From: a virus
Lineage: Duplodnaviria; Caudoviricetes
Strand: one strand, 5' to 3'
Virus record (IMG/VR): IMGVR_UViG_3300020161_002440
Span: 3,436-67,435 of that record
Length of the DNA: 64,000 nt
In this document: positions 17,246 through 30,500 of the stretch, one piece after another
Layout: each line of letters opens with the position of its first letter
Position numbering within the stretch: position 1 is the first letter of the stretch
Program-made: the position numbers and the translations under genes
The notes under the pieces: model-generated
Told to the model about the DNA's origin: nothing
What the model saw: only the letters and a program-made list of their open reading frames with translations
Database searches by the model: none

Positions 17246-19225
17246 ATGTTATTTCAACAAACTACACCATCTGCGGATGAAACAGGTAAAAATACCAAAG
17301 ACCCCTTTAAACTAGGGGATACCCTTAAAGGTGCCGTAGATGTTTTAGGTGTTTTTAATTCAAATATTTTATTATCAAAAACTAGTTTAGAATCTGTTCT
17401 AACTACTTTTGAAAAAATGGAAGACCAAGTAGGTCGTTTAGCAACTACTTTTGGTGGTACCAGAGATTTATCCCAATCAATTAAAGAGGCTATTGCGGGA
17501 GCAATACCAAGTGTTACTGAACTTGGTGGTGGTATTCAAAATGTAATGGACATCCAAAAAGGTGTCGTCGCCGCTTTAGATACTCAAGTTATTTTATCAA
17601 AAGATGCTTATGCTGAGTTATTTGCCGTAGGTGAATTAGTTAGTGACGGTACAAAAACTTCTGCTCAATCTGCGGAAGAAATGACTCGAAAGTTTGTAGA
17701 TGCGGGTTATGGTTTATATAACATAGGTGGTGAAATGACTAAAGTCTTAAACACCGCTAGAGAAGTAGGTGTTAGTGCGTCTGCAACATACTCACAATTA
17801 AGTAAAAGTATTGATAAGTTAGCCTTATATAATTTTCAGAATGGTGTTGAGGGTATGGCTAAAATGGCAGCACAAGCCGCGGGATTAAGAATTGATATGA
17901 GTAAGACCTTAGGGTTTGCTGATAAGTTATTTGAACCTGAGGCGGCAATTGAAACCGCAGCATCTTTCCAAAGGTTAGGTGTACAAGTGCAATCTTTACT
18001 TGACCCATATAAGTTAATGGATATGGCGAGAAATGACCCTGCCAAATTACAAGAATCTATAATTGAAGCCACAAAATCTTTAGTTTATTTTGACGAGAAA
18101 AATCAAAAAATGTCAATTTTACCTGGTGCTCAAGGACAAATGAGGGAATTGGCTAAGGTAATGGGTCTTAGTAATGAGGAAATGGCTAAGATGGCTTTAA
18201 ATGCGGGTGATTTAGATAGAAAATTAAAAGAAATTAGATTCCCAACCGATTTTGCTAACGAAAAAGATAAACAAATGTTGGCAAATATGGCCCAATTAAG
18301 TGGTGGGACATATGTTGTTACTTTTGACGAAACTGTTAAAGATGAACAAGGTAATGAAATGACAAGGTCAGTAACTAAAGCGGTTAGTGATTTAAGTGAG
18401 TCAAATAGAAAAGACCTTGAAAAAATGAACGAACCTGCCAAAAGTGCTATTGATTTACAAAAAATTGCAAATGGTCACTTGAGGAATATGGATAACGCTC
18501 TTAAAGCTAGAAAGGGTGTGGTCCCACAACAAATTGCTGCGTCAAATACTATTGATAGAGTTTTACAAGTTGCTGAAGAAAAACAAACTAAAGTTGTTGA
18601 AAGTTTTAATAAACCACTTGGTTTAGAAAGAAATGAAAAAGGGGTATTAACAAATGATGCCTTAAGAGAAAATGTTAGACAATATGAAAGTGTTTTATCT
18701 TCAAATTTAAAAGGTTTATTTGAAGGTACTAAAACTAAAGATGAGGCCTTTAAAGATATTGCTAATGAGTTTAAAACTGGAATGGGTACTACATTACAAC
18801 AATTAATTGCCGCCCCTAAAGAATTTTTAACTCCTGAACAATATGATAAATTAATTTCAAAAGTTGGTTCACTAACTACTTCAGCGGGTATAACCCCACA
18901 GACAGGTCAAACTAATGGTACATTTACCGCACCGACACCCGTGACTCCCCCAACAAGATTATCACCTGGAACTCCATTAACGTTACCTGGAACACAACCT
19001 GCAACCGTACCTACTAATACACAACAACAGACCAACCCTACAAATAATGAACTTACCGTTAATATTAATGTTAATCCTAAAGATTTACAAAATAGTGTAT
19101 TAGATGCACTTAGAACAAGTAATGTTTCTGACAAAATTGCTGATATGGTGGCTAAAGCCGAAAAAGATAGGAATTCTATGAGAGGTGGGGCAAGACCAAA
19201 TGTTGCACTTCGAACAGGAAGATAA
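17246..19225 (+). CDS. Tape measure protein (659 aa)
   Basis: Ala/Gly/Lys-rich helical composition; canonical position after the chaperone; P/T-rich C-terminal region. Confidence 0.8.
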   Translation: MLFQQTTPSADETGKNTKDPFKLGDTLKGAVDVLGVFNSNILLSKTSLESVLTTFEKMEDQVGRLATTFGGTRDLSQSIKEAIAGAIPSVTELGGGIQNVMDIQKGVVAALDTQVILSKDAYAELFAVGELVSDGTKTSAQSAEEMTRKFVDAGYGLYNIGGEMTKVLNTAREVGVSASATYSQLSKSIDKLALYNFQNGVEGMAKMAAQAAGLRIDMSKTLGFADKLFEPEAAIETAASFQRLGVQVQSLLDPYKLMDMARNDPAKLQESIIEATKSLVYFDEKNQKMSILPGAQGQMRELAKVMGLSNEEMAKMALNAGDLDRKLKEIRFPTDFANEKDKQMLANMAQLSGGTYVVTFDETVKDEQGNEMTRSVTKAVSDLSESNRKDLEKMNEPAKSAIDLQKIANGHLRNMDNALKARKGVVPQQIAASNTIDRVLQVAEEKQTKVVESFNKPLGLERNEKGVLTNDALRENVRQYESVLSSNLKGLFEGTKTKDEAFKDIANEFKTGMGTTLQQLIAAPKEFLTPEQYDKLISKVGSLTTSAGITPQTGQTNGTFTAPTPVTPPTRLSPGTPLTLPGTQPATVPTNTQQQTNPTNNELTVNINVNPKDLQNSVLDALRTSNVSDKIADMVAKAEKDRNSMRGGARPNVALRTGR

Positions 19226-19241
19226 AAATTAAACATAAATC

Positions 19242-19248
19242 TATTTAT
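19242..19248 (+). promoter_or_regulatory. TATTTAT late-type motif
   Basis: 13 nt upstream of ATG 19262. Confidence 0.5.
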
Positions 19249-19261
19249 TAGTAAAACATAA

Positions 19262-22200
19262 ATGCCAAGTACTTTAACATTCCCATCAACCGCAGGATTT
19301 AGAGATAAATTATTAGCTAGAAATTTATCACCATACACTGTGCCTGGTAGTTATGTGTCACAATCACAAAGTAGTATTGTTCACGAGACTATTTTAAGAG
19401 ATGAAGGGATTTTTAATTCTGATGACAACTTAATTGCCACTGACCCATTTGCGGATTTATTATATCCATTAAATGCTTATGGTCCGAATGGTGGGTACAA
19501 CAAGAACATTAATATAGGTGGATTAGCGAATACTCAATCTAATTTAGGTCCATACGATTTTATGGATGCTAAATTACCACAACTTAGTGCTCCTATTGAG
19601 TTAACAATACCTACACAAAACAAATATTCTTCAGACAATCCTATACAACTTGTATCAATTAATAATATACAATCGGTACCTACTTTTATACAATATTCAG
19701 ACCCATTAAGTTTTATACCGTCAACTTATACTCCGTATCAAATTTTAATGGATTCTAATCCACAAGGTAGTGATGGTACTTTGTCCCAAGACTCTTATAT
19801 CAGTCAATTAGGAGCTAGTAATTTAAAAAAGTTATTAAAAGATAGAGCCTCTACTGTTACTTTAAGTAATTTACAGAATCAAAATGCGAGTGTTAGTCAA
19901 GGGATTTTTGCTCAAGCGACTGACTTATTAAGAGGTAATACTAACCTTTTAAACACTACTGCTAAGATAACCATCACGAATGGACCTGATGACATTAACG
20001 GTAATTTCATTCAAAGAATTTCAGGGGCTTATAGTCCAACATCTCCAATACCAGGGGATTACTTTCAAGATGAACTTAATTCAAGATATCCTGCCGTTGC
20101 GGGTCAAATAGCCAATGCGTTAAATGTAAGTAGTGTATTAGGTCCAATACAACAATACTTAGGTCCTAAAGTTATTAGGACTAAAACTCCTTCTGAAAGA
20201 TTATTATTAAACACTGGTTCAGGTACTGCATCAGCATTATTTAGAAGTTTAAATTATAATAAGTACAAACCAAATTATAAGAGAAATTTATTACAGGATA
20301 TTGCCCAAGGGGCTCTTAACGTATTAGGAGTTTCAAGTCAAATTGATGTCCCAACCAATTATTATGTTGGTTCATCAGTACAAGACCCAACATATATTTC
20401 ATCACCACTTGGTGAGGTTCCTTATGATAGTTTAGGTAGAGACACTCAAGCAATTGTTTATGGTCCTACAGAAATGTCTAACCTTTTTGAAAACAATGCT
20501 GCAAATAATTTAAAAATTGGATTTAATAGTGGTTCATTTACTGACGGATTTGGAGTTGGGGACGGTTTAGTTTGGACATCACCAAAATATAGTAATGCTG
20601 GTTACAGAGCTTTAATCGGTGGAGACCAAGGTAGTGAAGCTCCTTCATTTAATGAAGTAAAATCAAAAGTAGATTCTATTTTAAGTACTGATTATACATT
20701 TACTGAAGACACAATATTAAGTAACACTCAAAGATTAGTCGACTCAACACCAAGAGGTGCTAAAAGATTATCTCACGTTGGTAATGCTATTAATCAATTA
20801 AGTAAGGTCTTTAATGATGGTTACAAAGAAATAACTAAAGGTTCTAGAGTTGTTTCTTATGTTGACACCAATGGAGTTGTAGTTGGTAACGAATATTGTA
20901 GAATTTTTACAAAAGACACACCATACTTAACTTTTGATGATTTACAAAAAACAGATGGTAATCATAGAAAGTTCACGTATTCTGTTTTAGATAATACATA
21001 TAATTTAAACATTGCACCATTTAAAAATCCTGGTTCGTCTAACATAGTTGACGGTAAAGTTAAAAAATATATGTTTTCACTTGAAAATCTTGCTTGGAGA
21101 ACATCAAATAGACCTGGATTTACTTATGATGAATTACCTGAATGTGAAAAAGGACCAAATGGGGGTAGAATTATGTGGTTCCCACCATATAACATAACTT
21201 TCAATGAAAGTGTTAGTCCACATTTTTCTGAAAATAATTTTTTAGGTAGACCTGAGCCAATATATACTTACCAAAATACTAAAAGAAGTGGTAGTTTAAG
21301 TTGGTCTATAATTGTTGACCATCCATCAGTGTTAAATTTAATTGTTAATAAACAGTTAAAGAATATTGCCCCTCAAGAAATGAATAAAATTGTAGATTCG
21401 TTTTTTGCTGGTTGTTTAAAATACGACATCTATGAATTAGCGAGAAGATGGAACACTTTTAACAAAAGTGATTTGTTTGAATTACAACAAATAATTAGTC
21501 AACCTAGAGTTACTCAAGAAGATTTTAAACAAGTTGTTAAAGAAAATCCACCAGTCGTTGAAGAAACTAAAACTCCTGCAACTACACCACAACCTGATTT
21601 AACACCATACGTTGGTATCGCATATTATTTTGATAACGATATTCCTGACCCTAATACAAGAAACACTGTTTCATCAACCGCGTATGATGCAACGTATAAC
21701 ACCTATACATCTAGTTCTACTTTACAAAGATATCAAAGTAATGCCGCTACTACTCAAAATAAACAATCAATTAGTTCATTCTTTAAAGAAGTTATTGAAG
21801 GTAATTTTGATAAAAATAAACAAATGGTTTCTGAAATTCAGAAAATATTTGAAAGTAATAAAACTACTGACGGTAAAGGTACTGCCGCAACAATAAGAAT
21901 AGTTTTAGCAGGTAGTGCTTCTGCACCAAATACTAAATCTTATAATAAAATATTATCACAAAGAAGAGTTGATTCGGTTATTAAATATTTAAGAAAAGTT
22001 AATGGAGGTGTTTTGGCTAATTACTTAAACGACCAAAAACTTATTGTAACCCAAGACTTTTTAGGTGAAGAGGCAATAGTAATACCTAAATCAGGTACTA
22101 ATAATTCCGTAGGACCATCGTCAGGTTATACTTGTACAGATTCTGATACAAATAAAACTGAATATGATAAAATATATTCTCCAAACGCAATGGCTTGTAG

Positions 22201-24205
22201 AAGGGTTGTTATTAGAGAATTAACCGTTGACCCAATTCCAACAACACCAACAACACCAACAAACAATACAACTTCAAGTCCTGCCAACAATGATGATAAT
22301 GGAACACCATTTTTTGGGGCAACACCAGTACCCCCAACAATTACTACTACCCAAAAAATTAAAGATGGTATTAGTAAAAAAATCTTAAGAAATTTATTAT
22401 CAGAGTGCGATTATTTTGAAATGATAGAACAAAGTAATCCTATGTTTTATGATTCAATAAAACAACAGATTAAATATTTTAGTCCGACATTCCACTCAAT
22501 AACACCTGAAGGTTTAAATTCAAGATTAACTTTCTTACAACAATGTATGAGACCTGGTGATACTATACCAGTTATTGGTACTGATGGTAAACCAAAATAT
22601 AATAGTTCGGTCAACACTAGCTTCGGAGCCCCACCTGTTCTTGTTTTAAGAGTAGGGGATTTTTATCATACTAAGATAATCCCAACAGGATTACAGATAT
22701 CTTATGACCCTTTAGTTTTTGATATGAACCCTGAAGGAATTGGTGTTCAACCAATGATTGCCAAAATAAGTTTAAATTTTAATTTTGTTGGAGGACAAGG
22801 GTTAAAAGAACCAATCGATAAATTACAAAACGCGTTGTCATTTAACTATTATGGTAATACTGAAATGTATGATGATAGAGCGGATGCTACTGATGATTCA
22901 TATAAGAAAATTGATGAAGCGTTAGTCAAAGCTATTCTTGACGATTCGCCTGTTGTCGGTATAAATAATATTCAAAATAGTATACCTAACGAAGGTGGAG
23001 ACACTATTGGAACCATATTAGATAAGATTGAATCTGATGCGGGAACTAGCGGTTCTACAAGTTATGAAAAAATAATGGATTCAATTATTCCGCAAGGTCA
23101 AAGTTATATGGATTCTGCAGTTAATAAAACTGAACAAATTATTAAAGATTTTAATCTACCTACGTTACAATTATTTAGTAGTAGTGTTAATTATTCTAGT
23201 GGTACTACTAGAGAATTTACAACACCTAAAAATTTAGTGATTTATGGTAAACCTGAAAATGTTGAAAAAAGAATTAATGAATTGTTTGATAAAGTAGTTA
23301 GTGACATTAATAGTGTTAATAGTGAAAACGATGCTGGTTTTGATGTTATTAGAGAATTATATTATCAGAAGTTTAGTAATACTGTGATGAGAAAAGTTAA
23401 ATCACAAATGGTTAACCAAGTTAATTTGGCTAGACAAACAATGATTACTTCATTAACTTCTGTAAATCAAGAAATTACTACAAACCAACAAAATTTAGTA
23501 AAAACATTTAGAAAATTAGACGTAATTGATACTAAGACTGATGGGTATATTAAAAGTGACCAAAATGTTATGGCTTATAATTTAAGTGCCACAACTGAAG
23601 TACAAACAGGTTCACAACAAAGTAATACTTACGATGAGTTAGTGTTTGACTACAATTCTGCAGTTGATTTGTTATATTCATTTTATACTGATTTTAAATC
23701 TGCGGGATTTGTTGATACTAAAGTTGATTTGGATGACATTAAACTTTTAAAACCTAACGGATTTGGAACTAATTCTGAGGTTTGGGCTGATGCGGAAAAA
23801 AGATTTTATACCGCAATGAGTAAAGTTGTTTTAGATAATAATACTTACCAATCTTTCAGTGGGGCGGTTATTACTCCTGATATTGTTGATGTACAATCTG
23901 GAGGACCAACATTGGGTTCTAAATTTAATCAACTGTTTAGTAATAGAATAAATAATTTCTATAAAACTGAACACGAAGCTGAGATAAAATCAATAGGTGA
24001 TTTTAAAGCAACTGTTTATGAATCACCACAAACTAAAAAATATAAACCTTGGACACCATTCAAAGATAAGAAAGTTAGAAAATTCACATTTACCAATTAT
24101 GTACCAACTACACAAACACAATCTACCCAAATTCAAAACTTATATAAGAATGGTAACTCAAATACGGATGTTAAAACATTTAACGGAAAAAATAAATTTA
24201 ACTAA
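19262..24205 (+). CDS. Tail tube initiator / baseplate protein (gp48/gp54-like core) with an inserted OmpA-like domain, 1647 aa
   Basis: WFPPYNITFNE...FLGRPEPIYTYQNT.RSGSLSW and FGAPPVLVLRVGDFY...I.Y...W/FD flank YFDND...GSASAP...YNKILSQRRVDSVIKYL...CRRVVI. Confidence 0.65.
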   Translation: MPSTLTFPSTAGFRDKLLARNLSPYTVPGSYVSQSQSSIVHETILRDEGIFNSDDNLIATDPFADLLYPLNAYGPNGGYNKNINIGGLANTQSNLGPYDFMDAKLPQLSAPIELTIPTQNKYSSDNPIQLVSINNIQSVPTFIQYSDPLSFIPSTYTPYQILMDSNPQGSDGTLSQDSYISQLGASNLKKLLKDRASTVTLSNLQNQNASVSQGIFAQATDLLRGNTNLLNTTAKITITNGPDDINGNFIQRISGAYSPTSPIPGDYFQDELNSRYPAVAGQIANALNVSSVLGPIQQYLGPKVIRTKTPSERLLLNTGSGTASALFRSLNYNKYKPNYKRNLLQDIAQGALNVLGVSSQIDVPTNYYVGSSVQDPTYISSPLGEVPYDSLGRDTQAIVYGPTEMSNLFENNAANNLKIGFNSGSFTDGFGVGDGLVWTSPKYSNAGYRALIGGDQGSEAPSFNEVKSKVDSILSTDYTFTEDTILSNTQRLVDSTPRGAKRLSHVGNAINQLSKVFNDGYKEITKGSRVVSYVDTNGVVVGNEYCRIFTKDTPYLTFDDLQKTDGNHRKFTYSVLDNTYNLNIAPFKNPGSSNIVDGKVKKYMFSLENLAWRTSNRPGFTYDELPECEKGPNGGRIMWFPPYNITFNESVSPHFSENNFLGRPEPIYTYQNTKRSGSLSWSIIVDHPSVLNLIVNKQLKNIAPQEMNKIVDSFFAGCLKYDIYELARRWNTFNKSDLFELQQIISQPRVTQEDFKQVVKENPPVVEETKTPATTPQPDLTPYVGIAYYFDNDIPDPNTRNTVSSTAYDATYNTYTSSSTLQRYQSNAATTQNKQSISSFFKEVIEGNFDKNKQMVSEIQKIFESNKTTDGKGTAATIRIVLAGSASAPNTKSYNKILSQRRVDSVIKYLRKVNGGVLANYLNDQKLIVTQDFLGEEAIVIPKSGTNNSVGPSSGYTCTDSDTNKTEYDKIYSPNAMACRRVVIRELTVDPIPTTPTTPTNNTTSSPANNDDNGTPFFGATPVPPTITTTQKIKDGISKKILRNLLSECDYFEMIEQSNPMFYDSIKQQIKYFSPTFHSITPEGLNSRLTFLQQCMRPGDTIPVIGTDGKPKYNSSVNTSFGAPPVLVLRVGDFYHTKIIPTGLQISYDPLVFDMNPEGIGVQPMIAKISLNFNFVGGQGLKEPIDKLQNALSFNYYGNTEMYDDRADATDDSYKKIDEALVKAILDDSPVVGINNIQNSIPNEGGDTIGTILDKIESDAGTSGSTSYEKIMDSIIPQGQSYMDSAVNKTEQIIKDFNLPTLQLFSSSVNYSSGTTREFTTPKNLVIYGKPENVEKRINELFDKVVSDINSVNSENDAGFDVIRELYYQKFSNTVMRKVKSQMVNQVNLARQTMITSLTSVNQEITTNQQNLVKTFRKLDVIDTKTDGYIKSDQNVMAYNLSATTEVQTGSQQSNTYDELVFDYNSAVDLLYSFYTDFKSAGFVDTKVDLDDIKLLKPNGFGTNSEVWADAEKRFYTAMSKVVLDNNTYQSFSGAVITPDIVDVQSGGPTLGSKFNQLFSNRINNFYKTEHEAEIKSIGDFKATVYESPQTKKYKPWTPFKDKKVRKFTFTNYVPTTQTQSTQIQNLYKNGNSNTDVKTFNGKNKFN

Positions 24206-24528
24206 TGGCTGATTTATATTTCGATAGATATTATAATTTCTTGATTAATGGTCAACAAACCGTGGTGCCTTTTGTTAAACTACCTTTAAAATCTACAGAT
24301 AAGAGATATTTTTATAAAATGGGTGTTAGTAGATTGGACAAAATAAGTCAAGAATATTACGGCAGTCCTTTTTTTGGGTGGGTAATTATGCTTGCTAATC
24401 CACAATATGGAGGGTTAGAATGGAATATTCCTGATAATGGAATATTAACAATACCATTTCCATTAATTGCGTCGGTCCAAGATTATGAAGCGGCATTAAA
24501 TAATTATTTCTTCTATTATGGTAGGTAA
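24205..24528 (+). CDS. Baseplate wedge protein, gp53/LysM-like (P2 gpX-like)
   Basis: RLDKISQEYYGSPFFGWVIMLANP...IPDNGILTIP is a LysM-like RLD.IS..YYG....W.I..AN motif. Confidence 0.8.
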   Translation: MADLYFDRYYNFLINGQQTVVPFVKLPLKSTDKRYFYKMGVSRLDKISQEYYGSPFFGWVIMLANPQYGGLEWNIPDNGILTIPFPLIASVQDYEAALNNYFFYYGR

Positions 24529-27500
24529 CAATAATGAAAATATATTGGTAGAATTTGACTATCAAAACATAGTTTTAGTAGACCCAAATAAAACTATTGA
24601 TGGTCAAGGTAATGTTAAAGAAAGACTTCTGAGACACGAAGACTTGGTTTATTATGCCAATTTAGAATGTACGTTATTCCCAAGAACTAGATTAGCCGCA
24701 GGACCTAATGGTTATTTTAATAATGAAAAAGTATCCATAGCAACTGTTAATTTTTTAAAACCAGGAAACAAAGAATTTTTAACTAATGATTATTTAGATG
24801 AATTAACTGGTTTAGATAGTATTAATGGAAAAGGTACTAACCAAATTCAAAGAAATATTGAAAAAGACGATAAAAACAAAGAAATTTTTTTATCACAAAC
24901 GGTTAGAAATAATGTTGATACTGAACTTTTAGGGATTACTCAGATATCAATTGATACTAATTTAAGTTTATTTCCTGAAGTAACTATTCAAATGGAAGAT
25001 GTAAGGGGGCGAGCTCTATTTGAAAAAGGTGAAAACTCTCCATATGCAGTATTCTTCAATTACCCATACCCAATGTTCTTTTTAACAATTAAAGGATATC
25101 TTGGTAAAGCGGTAAAATATCAATTAGCTTTAAGAAATTTTAACGCAACCTTTGACACAGGTTCAGGTAATTTTAAAATTACTGTAAAATTTTACGCTTA
25201 CAAATTTAATGTTCTAACACAAATACCTATGAAGTATCTACAAGCACTTCCGTATATGTATAGAACTAATTACAACATTAGTCCTGTTAATAATACAGGT
25301 GTTACTCCCGCACCAACAGGACCACAAGGGGTTACAACAATACCAACGTCAAAAGGTAGACAAAAAATCAAAGAGGTATATTCTGAATATAAAAACAAAG
25401 GATTAATTGATTCTGATTTTCCTGAAATTACTCTTACTGAATTAACCGAAAGATTAAAAAAATTAGAAACATATATTTCTGAAACTTTTACAAAGGCCGA
25501 TTTAACACCATTAACGGATGTTGAAAACTTTAGAGATAGTTTAAACAAATACGAACAAGAAATTTTACTATGGAGAGGTGAATCTTGGTTTTATAAATAT
25601 ATGGACACTACCGCACCTTATTTTACTTCTGATAAAGGTGGTACCAATATATACACATATAAAAAAGAAGTTAGACAAGGTTTAAATGGTTTAGATGTTG
25701 GTACATCACAAAGTGACTTATTAAGAATAATTTCAAAATACAATACCTTATTGAAAGAAAATAAAACTTTTGGTGAGGGTGGTAAGTATGTTATTGGTAA
25801 AAAAGAAACTGTTTCACAAATAGATGTATGGTCAACTATTAAAGCCGATACAATTAGCGGACTTACTATAAATCCTGAATCTATTGACTATAATAAATCA
25901 TATGTATTACAAAATAATAAGACCCCGACTACAGATGAATTGGCACAATTTAAAACTAAATTACAACCTATTTTTAATTCAGTAACTTTTGATAAAGATG
26001 GTAAACAAGTAAATAATTGGTTTTATTTTGAAGGTGAAGGGTCGTTTAGTAAATTAATCCAATTAGCCCAAAATGAATTAAACACTAAAGCTCAAGAGAT
26101 ACAAAAAAAACTTGCTGATATTTTATCAAGTAGGTTAGCTGCAAAAGATGGTGGTTTAGGGTTTAAACCAACTATTAAAAATGTGTTGGCGGTATTATTG
26201 TCTAACGCCGAAGCCTTTTTAAGACTGATGGACGATGTTCATCAAACCGCTTGGGATGTTAGAGAAGATAAGAATAGAGTTAATGCGATTCTTGGTAACG
26301 ATAAATCAACCCCATCAACGGATTCTAAAGATTCAACCCAAACAGATAGTGGTAATTTAATTCCAATATATCCTTGGCCTCAATATTTTGTTGAAACAAA
26401 TAATGATAAAGGTGAAAAGTTTGAATTAACTTATCCTGGTGACCCTAAAGTAATTTCTAAAACTAAAGGTTTTTTATATAACGTTTGGCCTGAAATTGAA
26501 TTTGTTGAAGAGTTTCTAAAAGGATATACCCAAAGAAAAAATCCTTTACCTGATTATGGTCCATTACAAAATACAGCCCAAGACATCAATCGAGTATCGT
26601 TATATGCGTTAGATTTTCCAACAGGAAATAATATTTTTGGTAACAAACAAGAAGCTAAATTTTTATACGAAATGTATGAAAGAGTATTGTTGTCATCTAG
26701 CTATCAAAGATATTACAAACCTGGTTCAGAAAATCAAATATCAGATGTTATTGCCGAATCAGAATTTTTAAATATTAAAAATTCATTAGAAAATGATAGT
26801 CCGTATTTAGTTGGTAAATTAAAACAATATGGTTTAAATTCAAATAATATTGTACCATTTTTAGCTCATATATCAAGTGGAGGTATTGGAGAAAGTTGGC
26901 AAAAATATATTAGAGGGGATTTCGCAACACCGTACATACAACAAGAAGTTGATAATAGTTTTGTAATAACAGATACTTCTTTGATAACACCTGGTAATAC
27001 TGTTGTAAAACCAGTCCCAACTCAAATTGATAAATTAAAAACTTATTTAAAAAGTACTCAAACAAACACTTTCCAATTTGTTGATACTTTCCCATACAAT
27101 TCAACTGATTGGTATTTAGGTAATTTATCCAAAGGTGCGTCAAGTAATTTAGATGTTTTTAATACTACTAATACATTATTTGTTAATAATGACAAAAAAA
27201 TGATTACTAATTTTGAAACAGGTAGTAGTAAAAAAGAAATTAGACCTATTACTAATTTTAATTTTTATGATGTCTCAACACCAGAACCTACTGTAGGGTT
27301 AAGTGCCTTTTATACGTCAAGAACAAATGACAAACAATTACCTACTGAAGGTAATTTACATTATACTGATTATAGTGGTAATGTGGTGGCAAATCAAACT
27401 ACATCTATGTTGAATACCCCGTTTTTTATTAATTCAATACAGGAAGGGGTTAAAGATTTTTTAACTGGTAGTACTACACCATTTAAATCATCAGCTTTCT

Positions 27501-30500
27501 TATTCTTGAATAGTTTACCTTTAGCCACCCTTAGAGAGAAGTATAAAACATATAACGGAGCCTCAACAACTGATTTAGATTATATCTTCGCAACATTTAA
27601 AAAATTTGGTGCAATTCATAGGATACCATATGCTTGGGTTTTAAAATACGGTTCTATTTGGCACAGATATAAAACTTGGACTGAAACAGGTGTTGATATT
27701 TTATCAAATGTGTTAACAGACTTTCAGTCTACATATAATTTTGACCCTATAACTAATAATCCTGCTAAAACATATAATTTAGTTATTGACGGTAATAACC
27801 AAGCAATTACACTACAAAATACTACATTAGTTGGTTCAGACACCTTAACTCAAATGAATATCGGTTTCTACCCACAATTAATAAATGACTTCTCAACTTT
27901 CTATAGAGGGTATGATGTTTTTAGTGCTTACACCGATTCGGAAATACAATCTAAATTAACATCACCTAATGGAGTTACTTTAACATTAAATTCTGATTCT
28001 ATTATTAATAAAGATAAAGGTTATGATGCTAATGATGTTAATGATATATTAAACATTAAACCTTGGAGTTGCGTACTTAATGATGACAGTAAAAAACTAA
28101 GTTATGTGGTACCTTCATTCGGTGTTAGTACTGTTAATCAGATTAATGGTGAATGTTTTAATAATAGTAACAAATTAATACAACCTGTTAAATTTAGTCC
28201 CGCAGTATTTAATGGTTCTGTTAGAACTTTTTGGTCATTACCAAACTATGGGTATTTTGATACAACAAAAATAGATGTCCCAACACCCGAACAATATTTT
28301 AAACAAATACTAACAGGTGAGACTCAACAACAATCATTTTTATTAGGTAATTCTACTGCTTACACAACTAATGAAGAAGTTTTATCTGTATTCAATAGAG
28401 AAATTATGGATATAATGGAAGGTGAATTTTTAAAGTTCACAAAATCATTATATGAGTATTCTTCAGTTCAAGTAGGTAGTCAAGTTACTACTAAGATACA
28501 AGTTGATAAACTTGCAATTAATAGTGACGGAATTTATCGAAATTTCCAATTATTAATGAGAGAAATGATGTCTATTGAAAAAGTTACAGAAACTAATTCT
28601 ACTTCATATACTAATGAAGTTCAAAGTAGACAGTTATCCAAATCAATTTCAACAATACAACAATTTTTAGAATATGACGTTGTATTAAAATATGGTAATC
28701 CTTCTAACTATAGTAGAAAACTTTTTGATAGTTTCTCAACTACTACATTTATCGAGGATAAATTAACTTATCCTCCTTATATACAAAATACATTACCAAC
28801 ATCTGGAGGTACAACCACATTAGCACAATCTGAAGCTGCGTACCCACAGTCTTGGAAAAATTTAAGAACTTATATTGGTAACCCGACTGAATCAGGTTAT
28901 ACATACACCAATAACGGTTCTTATATTACTGACTTCTTTGTTGATATGAACATCCAATTCGCACCTGATTCGGTAACTGAGCTTGCGACACTTATTAGAA
29001 TATATGCGACTCAGAAAAAGTTAGACCCAACTATGAATCGAATTAAGTTTATTAATTTAATTAATCAATATATTGCAGGTAATAAATCTTTTAGTGATTT
29101 AGTTTTCAACCAATTAACTCAAAAGTTAAATACAGGTTTACCAAATGTTGAGGAAGTTAAAGAAAAATTTACGGAAACTGCCATTCAAGGGGAACAAACC
29201 AAATTAGATATATATGAAGCATTTAAAGGTCTTAACGACACTTGGATTGCGGGTTACGATTATACTGAGACAACATTTTTAGAAGATGTGTTATTTTTAG
29301 ATAGAGCAAATAGAAACATTGGAGACGATATTTTAATTGACCCTAAAAAAGTACTTAATTTATTTTCGGAAGTTAATGAAAGTTCAAGTGTGTACACATA
29401 TTTGGAATCTGTATTAAATGTTCATCATTTCATATGTATGATGCACCCTGCTTACATCAATTATTATAATGTTCAGGAAGTTCAACAAAATAGTGTTCCT
29501 AAAATAGAAGGTACTTTAGAGTTTGGTAATACGTTATTTGGAACTTATTTAAATGTTGATGCTAGAAAAGCTTCTCCAAAATTGGTATGTACTTACGCCG
29601 CAGAACCAAGTAAACATCCTGAAATGGGTAAAAATAGTAACTATAGGTTTAAATCAGACGCATTTGATTTAACTAGAGTTAGTGATATGCCTTTGACCGA
29701 TAAATTAGATGGTAAGACTGATTGGGGATTATCTAATAGAGTTGTTGGATTTAATGTAGATATTGGAATTACAAATCAAAATATATTTTATCATTTTGAC
29801 GTGTCTCAAGATTTAGGGAAAGAAACTACAGAATCTTTAACCGCTACAGATGATTTAATTAGACAATCTAATGGTAAAACAACCTCAACTCAAAACGTTT
29901 CTCTTTGGAACTTCTATAGAAATAGAGCTTACCAATGTCGAGTTCAAACGTTAGGTAATGCGATGATTCAACCTACTATGTATTTTAATTTAAGACACGT
30001 ACCTATGTTCACAGGTCCGTATTATATTACTGATGTTAAACATAATATAACACCTGGTAAGTTTGAAACAACATTTACTGGTACAAGACAACAAGTATTT
30101 GCTTTACCTAAGTTAGAAAGTTATATACAAACACTAACTGCAAAAATTCTTGATGAGGTTATTTCAGGATTAAATCAAAAATTAAATGCTTCTGGTAACG
30201 TAACTACAACAACTACAACATCAAACAATAATACAAATACTTCAAATGAATTAAGTAGTAATACATTTGTTATTAATAATAGTCAAAATTGTAAAGACTC
30301 ACTTAAAGAGTTCTACGAAAAACAATCGTATACTTTTGGAACTCAATCTCAGAGTGAATTGACAGTTAAACAAGTTATTGATGGTATTATGGCCAATATT
30401 ACCCAAGCGTCAACACCAAACGCTTTGTTAATTGCGAAATATTTGGCGTTTGTTACTTGTTATTTAGAGTCATATCAAAACAATCAATTTATTTGTTGGA

